Below are positions 49,972 through 62,239 of a DNA stretch of 64,000 bases, piece by piece. The notes under the pieces were generated by a model. It did no database searches and was not told the DNA's origin. It saw only the letters and a list, made by a program, of their open reading frames with translations. Both the position numbers and the translations under genes were made by a program. The stretch is taken from NCBI GenBank assembly GCA_030390025.1, contig CM059432.1:7936001-8000000 (forward strand), in the 5' to 3' direction. The stretch is from Squalus acanthias (lineage: Eukaryota). The first letter of the stretch is position 1. Every line of letters starts with the position of its first letter.

Positions 49972-50419
49972 GTCAGCCGTGGCTCAGTTGGTAGCACACT
50001 CGCCTCTGATTCAGAAGGTTGTGGCTCCAGAGACTTGAGCATAAAACTCCAGGCTGACACTCCCAGTGCAGTGCTGAGGGAGTGCCGCACTGTCGGAGGT
50101 GCCGTCTTTCAGATGAGACGTTAAACCGAGGCCTCATCTGTTCTCTCAGGTGGACGTAAAAGATCCCAGGGCCGCTATTTCGAAGAAGTTCTCCCCGGTG
50201 TCCTGGCCAATGTTTATCCCTCAATCAACATCACTAAAAAACAGATTATCTGGTCATTATCACATTGCTGGTTGTGGGAGCTTGCTGTGCGCAAATTGGC
50301 TGCTGCATTGCCTACATTACAACAGTGACTGCACTTCAATAATACTTCATTGGCTGTAAAGTGCTTTGGGACGTCTGGTGGTCGTGAAAGGCGCTATGTA
50401 AATGCAAGACTTTCTTTCT
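49972..50419 (+). mobile_element. Deu-domain SINE, near full-length
   Basis: tRNA head, Deu core, tail. Confidence 0.88.
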
Positions 50420-50643
50420 GATATTTTGATGGTCCACACTGTCCCATGTATTTTCTTTTGGCGGAAAGAAAGGTGGAACACTATCTCCAAAATGGACCAA
50501 GCCTTCTGCCTGGGACTATTGGGTCAGATGAAAAACGTACCCTGGGCGTGAACAGCCCCAAACATAAACCTTTCCTTAATAACAACAGACAATGCTGGAA
50601 ACACTCAGCAGGCCAGGCAGCATCCGCGGAGAGAGAGAAACAG

Positions 50644-50681
50644 AGTCAACGTTTCAGGGTCTGGGACCCTTCGTCAGAACT
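50644..50681 (-). ncRNA. Minimal type I hammerhead motif
   Basis: Minus strand: AGTT CTGACGA AGGGTC cca GACCCT GAAA CGT T GACT. Confidence 0.72.
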
Positions 50682-50906
50682 GGAAAAAGTTGGAGATGTA
50701 ACAGGTTTTAAGCAGGTGTAGAGGCAGGAAAAGGGGGGGAGGGGAGGAAGGAATAAAAGGGACGGTCTGTGCTAGGATGGAAGGCAGGAGAGATTAAATG
50801 TTGCAAATGGGGATGGCAGAATCATCAACAGCTTCCGCCTGAAAAAATGGGGGGCGGGGGGGGGGGGGGGTTATAGTCTGAAATTGTTGAACTCACCTGA
50901 AATGCT

Positions 50907-51727
50907 GGGGGGCAATTTTGCCAGCCCTGGGGTGGCGGGTTTGGAGGCGGGACTGCTGGGAAAATGGCAGAATCTGGGGAGGGTACCCATCCCGCCCCCA
51001 ACCCGCCTCCGTGCCATCTTCCCAGGAGGCGGGTACCCGACCCGCGCCGGGTCCCGTCTCCTCGAGGCAGGAAGGGGATTAGTGCCAATTAACTGCCTGT
51101 TAACAGGTAGTTAACGGGCAGTTTTTTTGAGAATCCCTATTTTCAGCCCTGAAGTGTGGACTTCCCGACAGCTCCGAACCTCGCCAGGGTCAGCGAGGCG
51201 GGCCGTCGGTCTGCGCGGGGTCGGAGGGGCCGAGATGTCCGGTGTGCAGGTGAGTGATGGGTACATGTGTGGAGAGGTAAGTGTGTGAGGTGAGTGTAAA
51301 GTGTTTTAATAAGTTTTACTTACCTTTATTTCTTCCTGCAGGCTTCCTCCCTTCAGGTCTTGGGAGTCCCTCAGCTCGCTGGCACAGAAAGCAGAATGGC
51401 CACTGAACTGTCAAAAGCTGCTGCCTTCTGCTTTCTGCTCAGGAGAGATCTCTAACTGAGCCTGAGTGGAAGGACTCGAGTTAGAGCACAGATTGTCAGT
51501 GATTGACAGCTTCACAGAGCCGTCAAACGCTGACATTTCATCTGTCAAAAGCTCTTGTCAGATGAAACATCACTCGCTGATGTCACCTGCTTGGCCCGCT
51601 GGGCGGGTTTAACAAGGTCAATCAAGGGAAAATAGCATGGGTTGGCCACAAGTCGATGGAGGCGGAACTAAAACCCGACAAGTGGGAGTCCCGCCTCCAA
51701 AAGCTCCCCATTGAGAAAATCCAGCCC
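50907..51727. mobile_element. MITE (family C), inverted relative to 46658-47500
   Basis: Ends GGGGGGCAATTTTG / GAAAATCCAGCCC; flanks GCT / GTT. Confidence 0.88.
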
Positions 51728-52087
51728 GTTAACTCTGTTTCTCTCTCCACGGACGCTGCCTGACCTGCTGAGTGTTTCCAGCATTTTCTGTTGTTATTTC
51801 AGATTTCCAGCATCCGCAGAATTTTGCGATTGTAAACCTTTCCTTATTGAGCATATTTACTTCATATATTCCAGAGTTAAAATCAAATGGGTTTCTTCAG
51901 TAGATCAAGCAGTGTGAACTGGTCTTTACTTATCCTAACTGGAACTTTCAGTAGAATATAGCGATAGCTGGAGGCGTCAATCTATCAAATCATAGTCTTT
52001 TTATCTAGCTTTGCATTTCTTGCTCAAAGCTCTGGAGGCCAGAAACGCATAGCATCCTCCTGCGCAGGAATGTTAAAGTACAAATTC

Positions 52088-53110
52088 AGCCTTTCGAGCC
52101 TGCTCCGCCATTCAATAAATCATGGCTGATCTTCTACCCCAACGCCACCTTCCTGCACTATCCCCATATCCCTTGATTCCCTTAGTATTCAAAAATCTAT
52201 CGATGTCTGTGTCTTGAATATACTCAACGACTGAGCCTCCACAGCCCTCTGGGGCAGAGAATTCCAAAGATTCACCACCCTCTGAGTGAAGACATTTCTC
52301 CTCATCTCAGTCCTAAATGGCCGACCCCTTATCCTGAGGCTGTGACCCCTGGTTCTAGACTCCCCAGCCAGGGGCAACATCCTCCCAACATCTACCCTGT
52401 CAAGCCCCTGAAGAATTTTATACATTTTCAATGAGATTTTCTCCCACTGTTGGAAATAGATAGTGTGATGTAGTCCCATTATTTGCATCTGATTACAATA
52501 TGCTGCCTATATTTAGGTGGACCTCTTGTATGAACGATGCCACTTCCAACAGCAAATCATTGAGGTGACACCTGATTGTTGCTTCCTCACACGCCCAAGT
52601 TAGGTGAAGTGTAAATTTATCCCCATGGTGAAGATACTGTTTTGGCCCACTTTGTTGAGCACATATAACCATCACTGTCTGTGCGTTGGGTGATACAGGC
52701 ATTTCAGTAATGGTCTGACTGTTTACAGCCCGCCTTACGACTGTTCAGCCTAGATATTACATAAGAACATAAGAAATAGGAGCAGGAATAGGCCACTTGG
52801 CCCCTCGAGCCTGCTCCGCCATTCAATAAGATCATGGCTGATCTTGGGCTCAAAGCCACTTCCCTGCCCGCTCCCCATAACCCTTCACTCCCTTATCTTG
52901 CAAAAATCTGTCTATCTCCACCTTAAATGTATTTAATGACCCAGCCTCCACAGCTCTCTGGGGCAGAGAATTCCACAGATTTACGACTCTCTGAGAGAAG
53001 AAATTCCTCATCTCTGTTCTAAAAGGGCGACCCTTTATTCTGAAACTATGCCCCCGAGTTCTAGATTTCCCCACGAGGGGAAACATCCTCTCCGCATCTA
53101 CCTTGTCGAG
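52088..53110 (-). mobile_element. Two CR1 3' fragments (52088-52435, 52760-53110)
   Basis: ORFs 52189..52488 and 52850..53086. Confidence 0.85.
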
Positions 53111-53227
53111 CCTGTCGATATTCTGATCAGCATTATTTTAATGCTGGTAGTAACTCATTTATTTTAACTGGGTTTTCGGTGATATCGTAGGAACCAATTG
53201 GAAAATCTGGATCAGTCCTACCTGCAA

Positions 53228-53500
53228 CTTGCCTGGATGAGTGCAGCTCCAACAACACTCAAGAAGCTCAACACCGTCCGGGACAAAGCAGCCCGCTTGA
53301 TCGACATTCACTCCCTCCACCACCGGCGTACCGTGGCTGCAGGGTGTACCATCTACAAGGTGCACTGCAGCAACTCGCCAAGGCTTCATCGACAGCGCCT
53401 CCCAAACCCACGATCTCTACCACCTAGAAGGACAAGGGCAGCAGGCGCATGGGAACACCATCGCCTCTAAGTTCCCCTCCAAGTCGCACACCATCCCGAA
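53228..53500 (+). mobile_element. LINE family Z fragment
   Basis: LAWMSAAPTTLKKL...IHSLHHRRTVAA. Confidence 0.85.
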
Positions 53501-53961
53501 ATATAATTCTGCACTCCTACATTACAACAGTGACTACACTTCAAAAGTACTTAATTGGCTGTAAAGCGCTTTGGGACGTCCTGTGGTTGTGAAAGGCGCT
53601 ATAGAAATGCAAGTCTTTCTTTTTTATAATGTAAGTCTTCTTCTTCAGTAATATTGGGATAACAGCGAGAAAACTCTACTCATGGACCTTTACAGAAATA
53701 TGCATATCTTGTAGGTTAATATCGCATACTTTAGCTACAATGTAAAAACTCTTTTTTGTGCCATTATAGATAAATGTCCTGCCTCTGAAGTGCATTAATA
53801 TTCATTTCTAAAATGTGCAGAGGTCAACAGTAACAGCAGCCTGCATTTATATGATGCTCTTCGTGCCAGAACATATCCCAGACCACTTCACAGATCAGAT
53901 AATGAAAAGGGACACCATTAATAATAAAATCGATTTTAGAGATAAAGCGAAAAAAGACATC

Positions 53962-54699
53962 GAGGCAGAAATTCCGATTGCTACGGGTGTGTACGTGCTG
54001 TGTACTCACCCGTAGGGCCATCGGAAATGCTGGTTTCAGGCATGCCCTGCGCATGGGCTGGAAACCGGCATTTCCGGTCTGTGAAGAAAGGGCTTGACAG
54101 GTCAGCGCTACCGGCTGAAAGTTCTATTTTTTTTCTCAGTTGCTTCAGTCCAGGTAAGTCGGAAGCAGCTGCGCCTAGAAAAGCAGGTGTACAGCCTGCA
54201 TTCAAGCTCCTGGACATCAGGAAGAAGAACTCTTTCAGCAGTGGGGCTTGTAAACGGAACATTTTTCCACTGATTTATCATTTAAAAATACTTTAAAGAA
54301 AGGTAAGTTGATTTTTAGCCCCATTAAAAAATTTAATTAGTTTTTTCAAAAATAAAAATTTTGTTTAAAATACTTAATTTATTGTAATTTAAAGTCATTT
54401 TAAAAATGTGATTTTTAAAAAAACATTTATTTAAAGTTTTACTATGTTTTTGGGGGTGATCTCTATTCATATATTTGACAGGTCTTCCTGTCAAATGTAT
54501 GAAGGGAGATTCCCTTCTCTGATTGGCTCCCCATGGCCCACGTGATCCCAGGGACGCTGCGAACCGCCTGCGCACCGGCAGTTTGGAGAGGCCCAGCAGC
54601 GGAACTCTGCGCCTCCCGGGAGCCCTCCGGTCTTGGCGCAGATTTTTCCAGATCGCAGCCCCCCGCCCACGGGAGGCCTGCGATCGGACTTTCTGGGCC
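53962..54699. mobile_element. MITE (family B)
   Basis: Ends GAGGCAGAAATT / ACTTTCTGGGCC; flanks ATC / ATT; reverse relative of 31572-32335. Confidence 0.82.
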
Positions 54700-54726
54700 A
54701 TTGAAATTAAATGAACATTTAGTATG

Positions 54727-55057
54727 CTCTTCAAATCCCTCCATGGCCTCACCCCTCCCTATCTCTGTAACCTCCTCCAGCCCCACAACCCTCCGAGATA
54801 TCTGCGCTCCTCTAATTCTGGCCTCTTAAGCATCCCCGATTTCAATCGCTCCCCCATTGGTGGCCGTGCCTTCAGCTGCCTGGGCCCTGAGCTCTGGAAT
54901 TCCCTCCCTAAACCTCGCCGCCTCTCTACCTCTCTTTCCTCCTTTAAGACACTCCTTAAAACCTAGCTCTTTGACCAATCTGCCCTAATATCACCTTGTG
55001 TGGCTTGGTGACAAATTTTGTTTGATAATCGCTCCTGTGCATATATAAATACAAGTT
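54727..55057 (+). mobile_element. L2 3' fragment
   Basis: FKSLHGLTPPYL...FKTLLKT. Confidence 0.88.
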
Positions 55058-55090
55058 CTGATGAAAGGTCATCGACCTGAAACGTTAACT
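55054..55090 (+). ncRNA. Minimal type I hammerhead motif at a 96-bp insertion (55058-55153)
   Basis: AGTT CTGATGA A AGGTC atc GACCT GAAA CGT T AACT; insertion flanked by TATAAATACAAGTT direct repeats. Confidence 0.75.
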
Positions 55091-55459
55091 CTCTTTCTCT
55101 CTCCACGGATGCTGCCTGGCCTGCTGAGTTTTTCCAGCGTTTTCTGTTGTTATTATAAATACAAGTTGCTGTTTTTGTTGCTTTTGAAAACAAGGAGGGA
55201 AGAGACAAGAGGATGTTCCAGAGGACAGGGGGAAAGTGGCTAAGAGAGTGGTGGCTACGAGGGGTGAATGGAAAATGATGACATTTAGGAGTAGATTATT
55301 GTTCAAGAAGTGACAGGAGCAGGCAGGGATATAAGGATGAAGTTGATCATTGAGTGGGGCAAGACCGTGGAGGCATTTAAATGTTAAGGCTAAGGATCTT
55401 GAAATTGATCCATAGTGGCGCAAGGCAGCCAAAAGGGCCTAACTACTGAGGACTGAAGT

Positions 55460-56852
55460 CAGGGCCGGCCTTACGCGTGGGTGACGTGGGCGACCGCCCA
55501 GGGAGCCGTGGTCAGGGGGCGCCGTAGTCAAAAGGGTCTGGCATTAACGGCATTGACCTCTGCAAAGAACTTGGCGATCTCCAAAGTTTGTTTCCAACGC
55601 ACTGCAGCGCTCCACAAGAAGAGCAAACTTCAAGTTTCAAGAGCAAGTTCCCAAACACATGGATAGCACTTAGGATCCTATTAGCCATGGTCGTATCGGT
55701 GGCGAGCAGCAAATGGAGCTTCCCGAAGTTGAAGCTCATAAAAAACATATTTGTGATAAGACACGGGAGATGACAAGCTATTTTGCTGGCAATCCTGTTA
55801 TTTTTAAATGGTGAGAAACTATTAAATGTTGGTTCAGAGGGACCTGGGTGTCCTTGTACACGAAACACAGAAAGTTAACATGCAGGTACAGCAAGCAATT
55901 AGGAAGGCAAATGGTACGTTGGTCTTTATTGCAAGGGGGTTGGAGTACAAGAATAAGGAAGTCTTACTACAATAGTACAGGGCTTTGGTGAGACCACACC
56001 TGGAGTTCTGTGCACAGTTTTGGTCTCCTTATCTGAGGAAGGACATACATGTCTTAGAGGCAGTGCAACAAAGGTTCACTAGATTAATCCCTGGGAGGAG
56101 AGGGTTGTCCTATAAGGAGAGATTGAGTAGAATGGGCCTATACTCTCTGGAATGTAGAAGAATGAGAGGTGATCTCATTGAAACATATAAGATTCTGAGG
56201 GGGTTTGACGGGGTAGATGCTAAGAGGTTGTTTCCCCTGGCTGGAGAGTCTAGAACTAGGGGGCATAGTCTCAGGATAAGGGTTGGCCATTTAGGACTGA
56301 GATGAGGAGAAATTTCTTCACTCAAAGGGTTGTGAATCTTTGGAATTCTCTGCCCCAGAGGGTTGTGGATGCTCAGTCATTGAGTATATTCAAGACTGAG
56401 ATCGATAGAATTTTGGATTCTGAGGGAATCAAAGGGATATGGGGATTGGGCGGGAAAATGGAGTTGAGGTCGAAGATCAGCCATGATCTTATTGAATGGC
56501 GGAGCAGGCTCGAGGGGCCATATGGCCGACTCCTGCTCCTAATTCCTCTGTTCTTCTGGTCTTATGTTCTGTCTATTGAGAATGATGTGGCTCAAAATAT
56601 CTTGGTGAACAAAGCTTTTTATTTTTTATTGTTATTTATTAGTTTAGTGTTTAATTGAATGTTTGGTTTATTTGTCACTGAGCTATAATGTTATTTTTAT
56701 GAGTTATATTGTTTATTATTTAAATAATAAAAAGCTTTTTTGAGATTACAGCTTTATTTCTGAAACTTTGGCTAATACTGCTTCTGAAAGAAAGTAGTAG
56801 CAGCAAAACACAAGATCACCCAAGGCGACATTATCCCCTAGGGCCGGCCCTG
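55460..56852 (+). mobile_element. Internally deleted hAT transposon with a transposase C-terminal remnant, interrupted by CR1 (about 55800-56570)
   Basis: TIR CAGGGCCGGCC / GGCCGGCCCTG; perfect 8-bp TSD ACTGAAGT; FPNTWIALRILLAMVVSVASSKWSFPKLKLIKN ... SIENDVA resembles the hAT dimerisation domain. Confidence 0.92.
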
Positions 56853-58271
56853 ACTGAAGTGATGGAAGTTCGAGTCTTGAAGTGGATAGGAACACACGCA
56901 GTGGCGTTCTGGATTAGCTGCGACTTGTGGAAGGTGGAACTGGGGAGGTCAACCAGGGGAGCATTTAAAGAGTCCAGCTTTGAGGTCACAAACTCTTCAT
57001 TGAGAATTTCGGCAGCAATTGGGAGAGGTAGAGGCAAAGGCGGGCAATGTGACAGCGGTGAAAGAAGGCAGTCTTGGTCACTGAATACACAGAGCACCAC
57101 ACTGAGGTTCTGCATCCACCAGACCTAGGTTAGGGAAACATCAGGGTGCTTGATGGAGTTAGGAGAAGGGGCATGAAGGAGATTTGATGGCGTTGGTTTC
57201 TCCAGCATGCTTGTTTTTAACTCATTGAGGACTTGAAGAAGGATTTTCAGAATGCACACTCCACCCGTCCTAATGGACAGAAAAACCGCGGGGACAGTGC
57301 CCAATGTGCACTCCCAATGGGTGAGGTTGCCCACACCAGGAGCGCCCACTTGGAAAATCAGCCCTTTAATGGAGGAGCAGGCACCTGCCTCAGAAATCAC
57401 GAGGAGGTGGAATTGATAAAGCTGAGCGTCACGAGCGTACGATGGAACCTGATCCCATGCATCTGTTGTAATGTAGGAAACCCGGCAGCCAATTTGTGCA
57501 CAGCAAGCTCCCACCAACAGCAGTGTGATAATGACCAGATCATCGTTTTTTTTTCGTGATGTTGGTCGAAGGTTAAATATTGGCCAAGATAACGGGGAGA
57601 ACTCTCCTGCTCTTCTGCCATGGGATCTTGTACGTCCACCTGAGAGGGCAAACGGGACCTTTGTTTCTCACTGGTGGAGTTCTCCCCGGTGTCCTGGCAG
57701 TATATTTATAGTTCAACCAACATCACTGTAGAAGCAGGTTACGGCGAACCCTGTAAATTGTGGACACCTAAGGAACTGGCATCAGCCGACCTCTTTTTGC
57801 AGGTGTCCCTATTTTCAAAAAGGGTCATTGTGTGCACTGTAAACATTTTCCCAACAATCTTGGAAAAACCAGCTGAGAATCTGATCAGCAGCTAATCAAT
57901 GGCAACAGTGCCGGGAGCTTAAATTTGGCAGCAGGTAGAACAACAGAACTGATGTGCCAAGTACCGTACTTGTACAGTGGGAACCTGTTCCTAACGGCAC
58001 TCTCAGAGGACGGACAACCGTGCCTTTTTGCAGGGGTCCGTTTATACAGGTTGCACTGTATACGGTCATTATCGCGTTGCTGTTTGTGGGATGAGTCTGC
58101 CGCGTTTCCTACATTGCAAAAAGTGACTACACTTCAAAGCGACCCACCTCAGCTGTGGGCAGACCTGCCTATGATCATTCTTCTGCAACTCTTTCTCGTT
58201 CTCGAGCTCCGAGAGGACAAGAGGAATTCCTGAAGGAAAGTCCATCCCACCAGTGTCTAGCTTTTGAACCA

Positions 58272-58712
58272 CCAACAACAACAACAACTTGTATTTATAT
58301 AGCGCCTTTAATGTAGTAAAACGTCCCAAGGCGCTTCACAGGAGTATTTTAAGACAAAAAATTTGACACCGATCCCCATAAGGATAAATTAGGGCAGGTG
58401 ACCAAAAGCTTGGTCAAAGAGGGAGGTTTTAAGGAGCGTCTTAAAGGAGGAGAGAGAGGTAGCGAGGCGGAGAGGTTTAGGCAGGGAATTCCAGAGCTTA
58501 GGGCCCAGGCAACATAAGGCACGGCCGCCGATGGTTGAGCGATTATAATCAGGGATGCTCAAGAGGGCAGAATTAGAGGAGCACAGATATCTTGGGGGGG
58601 TGTGGGGTTGTGCGGCTGGAGGAGATTACAGAGATAGGGAGGGGCGAGGCCATGGAGGGATTTGAAAACAAGGATGAGAATTTTGAAATCGAGGCGCTGC
58701 TTTACCGGGAAC
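58272..58712 (-). mobile_element. L2 3' fragment
   Basis: PVKQRLDFKILILVFKSLHGLAPPYL; (TTG)n tail. Confidence 0.9.
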
Positions 58713-59418
58713 CGAAAGACGAACCTCCCTTCAATCATAGAAGGAGACATCTGAGCAAGACAAGTGACAACTCGCCTGTAGGAGAGTCCTGGGACCCTGT
58801 AACTATCTCCAGTTGAATGACTTGATTGACAGTTCAGTCAAGGTGAAGGCGTGGGGAGTTAAACAAGCCATTGCAGTCATTTCAATACCGAGTCTATCGG
58901 CGAGCTACTGCAACAGCGGACCCTGTGGAGAGCAGGGTATCGCTGACAGCAGCTTCTGGATTTCCGCGTTTAGCTGCGCAGGTGCGGTCACCAGATGTTG
59001 CTGTCAGGTTTACCCCATAGTAACAGTAAGCACTGATAGCCTTGCCGTTATTATTACAGCAAAATCCGGGCCAATATAAAGAATTAACCAGTTCCTTACG
59101 CTGTACGAGCTGGCAATTTGTTACAAAGGTCGATGTCATTCTGCGTGAAGGAAAACCTCCTGTGACACCTAACCTAGCTCTATGCTTACGTAATTTATAC
59201 ACATGCCCCAGGTTTCTGAGCCTATCGTGATAACTGAGGGTTTTTTAAATTAGGTATTAATCTAGTGGCCCTCCTCTGAACTTATTGCAGGACATCTATA
59301 CCTCCCACCATGTGAGGGGACCAGAACTGAACACAGCATTGGAGCCTCGACAAGGTCTTGTACGAGGATGTTGTGGTGCTTTTCGTTTTATATTGGATCG
59401 GCCTAGCAATACTATAAA

Positions 59419-59885
59419 TTGCCTGGATGCGTGCAGCTCCAACAACACTCAAGGAGCTCGACACCATCCAGCAACCCATCCACCACCTTAAACATTCACT
59501 CCCTCCACCACCGGCGCACCGTGGCTGCAGTGTGTACCATCTACAAGATGCACTGCAGCAACTCGCCAAGGCTTCTTCGGCAGCACCTCCTGAACCCACA
59601 ACCTCTTCTACCTAGAAGGAAAAGGGCAGCGGGCACATGGTAATACTACCACCTCCAAGTTTCCCTCCAAGTCACACACCATCCTGACTTAGAAGTATAT
59701 CGGCCGTTCCTTCATCGTCGCTGGGTCAAAATCCTGGAACTCCCTCCCTAACAGCACTGTGGGAGCACCTTCACCACACGGACTGCAGCGGTTCAAGAAG
59801 GTGGCTCACCACCACCTTCTCAAGGGCATTTAGGGATGGGCAATAAATGCTGGCCTTGCCAGCGACGCCCACATCCCATAAAAAA
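59419..59885 (+). mobile_element. LINE family Z 3' fragment
   Basis: TTLNIHSLHHRRTVAAVCTIYKMH plus 3'UTR. Confidence 0.88.
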
Positions 59886-60158
59886 CGAATTAAAATAAAA
59901 TACTTGAAGCAGAAAAAATTGCAGGGATATGGGGAAAGAGCCGGGGAGTGGGACTAACTGGATTGCTCCTCGAAAGAGCCAGCGCAGATTCAGATGGGCC
60001 GAATGGCCTCCTGTGCTGTACTATTCTATGATTCTATCCTATTTGCTTTCGCCATGGCATCTCGACACTGGTCTGGAACCTTAGGGACTCAGGCACTACA
60101 ACACTGAGGCCCCTTTCCCGCTCAAGAGAGTTTGATTCAGAACACAGCAAGTTATACA

Positions 60159-60725
60159 TGGCCTTTATTACAAGAGGATTTGGCCTTTATTACAAGAGGA
60201 TTTGGCCTTTATTACAAGAGGATTTGAGTATAAGAGTAAAGACGTCAACAAAGGTTCACCAGACTGATTCCTGGGATGGGGGGATTGTCCTATGAGGAGA
60301 GATTGAGTAGACTAGGCCTATATTCTCTAGAGTTTAGAAGAATGAGAGGTGATCTCATTGAAGCATACAAAATTCTTACAGGGCTTGACAGGGTAGAAGC
60401 AGTGAGGATGTTTCCCCTGGCTGGGGAGTCTAGAACCAGGGGTCACAGTCTCCGAATAAGGGGTCGGCCATTTAGGACTGAGATGAGGAGAAATTTCTTC
60501 ACTCAGAGGGTGGTGAATCTTTGGAATTCTCTACCCCAGAGGGCTGTGGAGGCTCAGTCGTTGAGTATATTCAAGACAGAAATCGATAGATTTTTGGATA
60601 TTAAGGGAATCAAGGGATATGGGAATAGTGCAGGAAAGTGGAGTTGATGCAGAAGTTCAGCCATGATCTTATTGAATGGCGGAGCAGCTCGAATGACCTA
60701 CTCCTGCTCCTATTTCTTATGTTGT
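60159..60725 (+). mobile_element. CR1 3' fragment with a 22-bp triplication at its 5' end
   Basis: ORF 60276..60647; (TGGCCTTTATTACAAGAGGATT)x3. Confidence 0.88.
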
Positions 60726-60969
60726 CTTACACATGTTTGGCCTTAGCTATTACCACGTGCATAACACTACATTTATCTGCATTAAATGTCATCTGCATGT
60801 TGTGGACCCATTCTGTAGATCCGATTGTAATCTAGATCTGATTGCAATCTTATTTTCACTTCAAGGTTCTGATCCCGGAACAAATCATTATGTCATCGCA
60901 AACTTGCTGACAATGCCCCAGCACCTTCATCCAGGACCTTCATTCATCCCCATTGCCATGAGTAACAGG

Positions 60970-61428
60970 GTCAGCTTTGGCTCAGTTGGTAGTACGGTTG
61001 CCTTGGAGTTATGATAGTCCGAGGGTTCAAATCCCACTCCATGAAACTTGAACACGCAATCTAGGCTGACACTCCAGTGCAGTGCTGAGGGAGTGCTGCA
61101 CTGTCAGAGGTTCCATCTTGGAGATGAGATGCTAAACCGAGGTCCCCGTCTGCTCGCTCATGTGGAGTAAGAGATCCCATGGCACTATTTCAAAAAAGAG
61201 CAGGGGAGTTATCCCTGGTGTCCTGGCCAATGTTTATCCCTCGATCAGCATCACTCAAAACTGATTATCTGGTCATTATCACATTGCTGTTTGTGGGAGC
61301 TTGCTGTGCGCAAATTGGCTGCCGCGTTTCCTACATTACAACAGTGACTACACTTCATTGACTGCAAAGCACTTTGGGACATCCTGAGGTAATGAAAGGG
61401 AGGCTATAGAAATGCGAGACTTTTTTTT
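60970..61428 (+). mobile_element. Full-length Deu-domain SINE
   Basis: B box GGTTCAAATCC, Deu core, tail. Confidence 0.88.
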
Positions 61429-61483
61429 CCCTTCCAGTACCAATCCCTGCGGGACGCCTCTAGTATCTGGTCATAGAGTCCTA

Positions 61484-62230
61484 GGGCTAAAAATTGAGTA
61501 GCGCCTCCTACTTTTAACGCCCCGGAAAAATTAGCGCCCCCGCGACAGAAATTGAGTGGTAGCGCCCCAAGAGGGAAGTGGGGTGCTAATGGAAGCGTCC
61601 CGCCTCCCTCCTGGGGCACTGCGGGGGAATATTGCGGCGCTTCGTGCGCGCTGCGGCACGTCGCGCCACGGTATTGCAGGCCTTCCTCCCTTTCTTAAAG
61701 GGGAGGGGCCTTGCGCAGCGCGACCCGGGGCCCAGCTGGGCCACCAGGGATCGGGGTGCCGGCAAAAGAGCCCGGCACTCAAGAGAAGTGCTGGGCTCAG
61801 GGAGCGCAGCCGGCACTCCGCGGGGTGGGGGGGGGGGGGTTACGGGTACGGAGGCCGGGGACGGGTGCAGAGGCAGGTGCTGGCAGGCGGCCAGCAACAA
61901 AGATGGCTGCCTCGCACCTCGCCTTTAAATAGCGCCTCACCGGCCGCAGGTAGGCCCCCCTGACCCCGTCGGACATAGCGTCCGGCAGTAAGTCAGGGGT
62001 CACTCCCGAAGATCGCGGCTGGGGCACGAGTGGGGCGCTGTGCACGTCGATGACGTCATCGCCGGTGGCGCAGCACCGCGGGGCGCTACCGGTTACCGCC
62101 GTCGCTAACCTCCCGCTGAATTTCGCGGGAGGCGTAGGCGGCGCCGCACCCGGGCGCTAGTTGCTTTGTGCCCCGTTAGCGCCCTCTTAGGGCGCTAATG
62201 GGAGGCGCAAAGCAACCGAATTTTTCCCCC
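61484..62230. mobile_element. GC-rich MITE (family A)
   Basis: Ends GGGCTAAAAATT / AATTTTTCCCCC; collinear with 27663-28315. Confidence 0.8.
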
Positions 62231-62239
62231 TCAGTCATA

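Larger units (their letters stand above)
50580..51830 (-). mobile_element. Penelope-like 3' fragment (50580-50895, -) with an inverted partial terminal repeat (50896-50906 plus 51728-51830, +)
   Basis: Minus strand has an ORF end EFNNFRL*, then a UTR with a hammerhead; the same terminal sequence recurs on + after the MITE. Confidence 0.7.
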
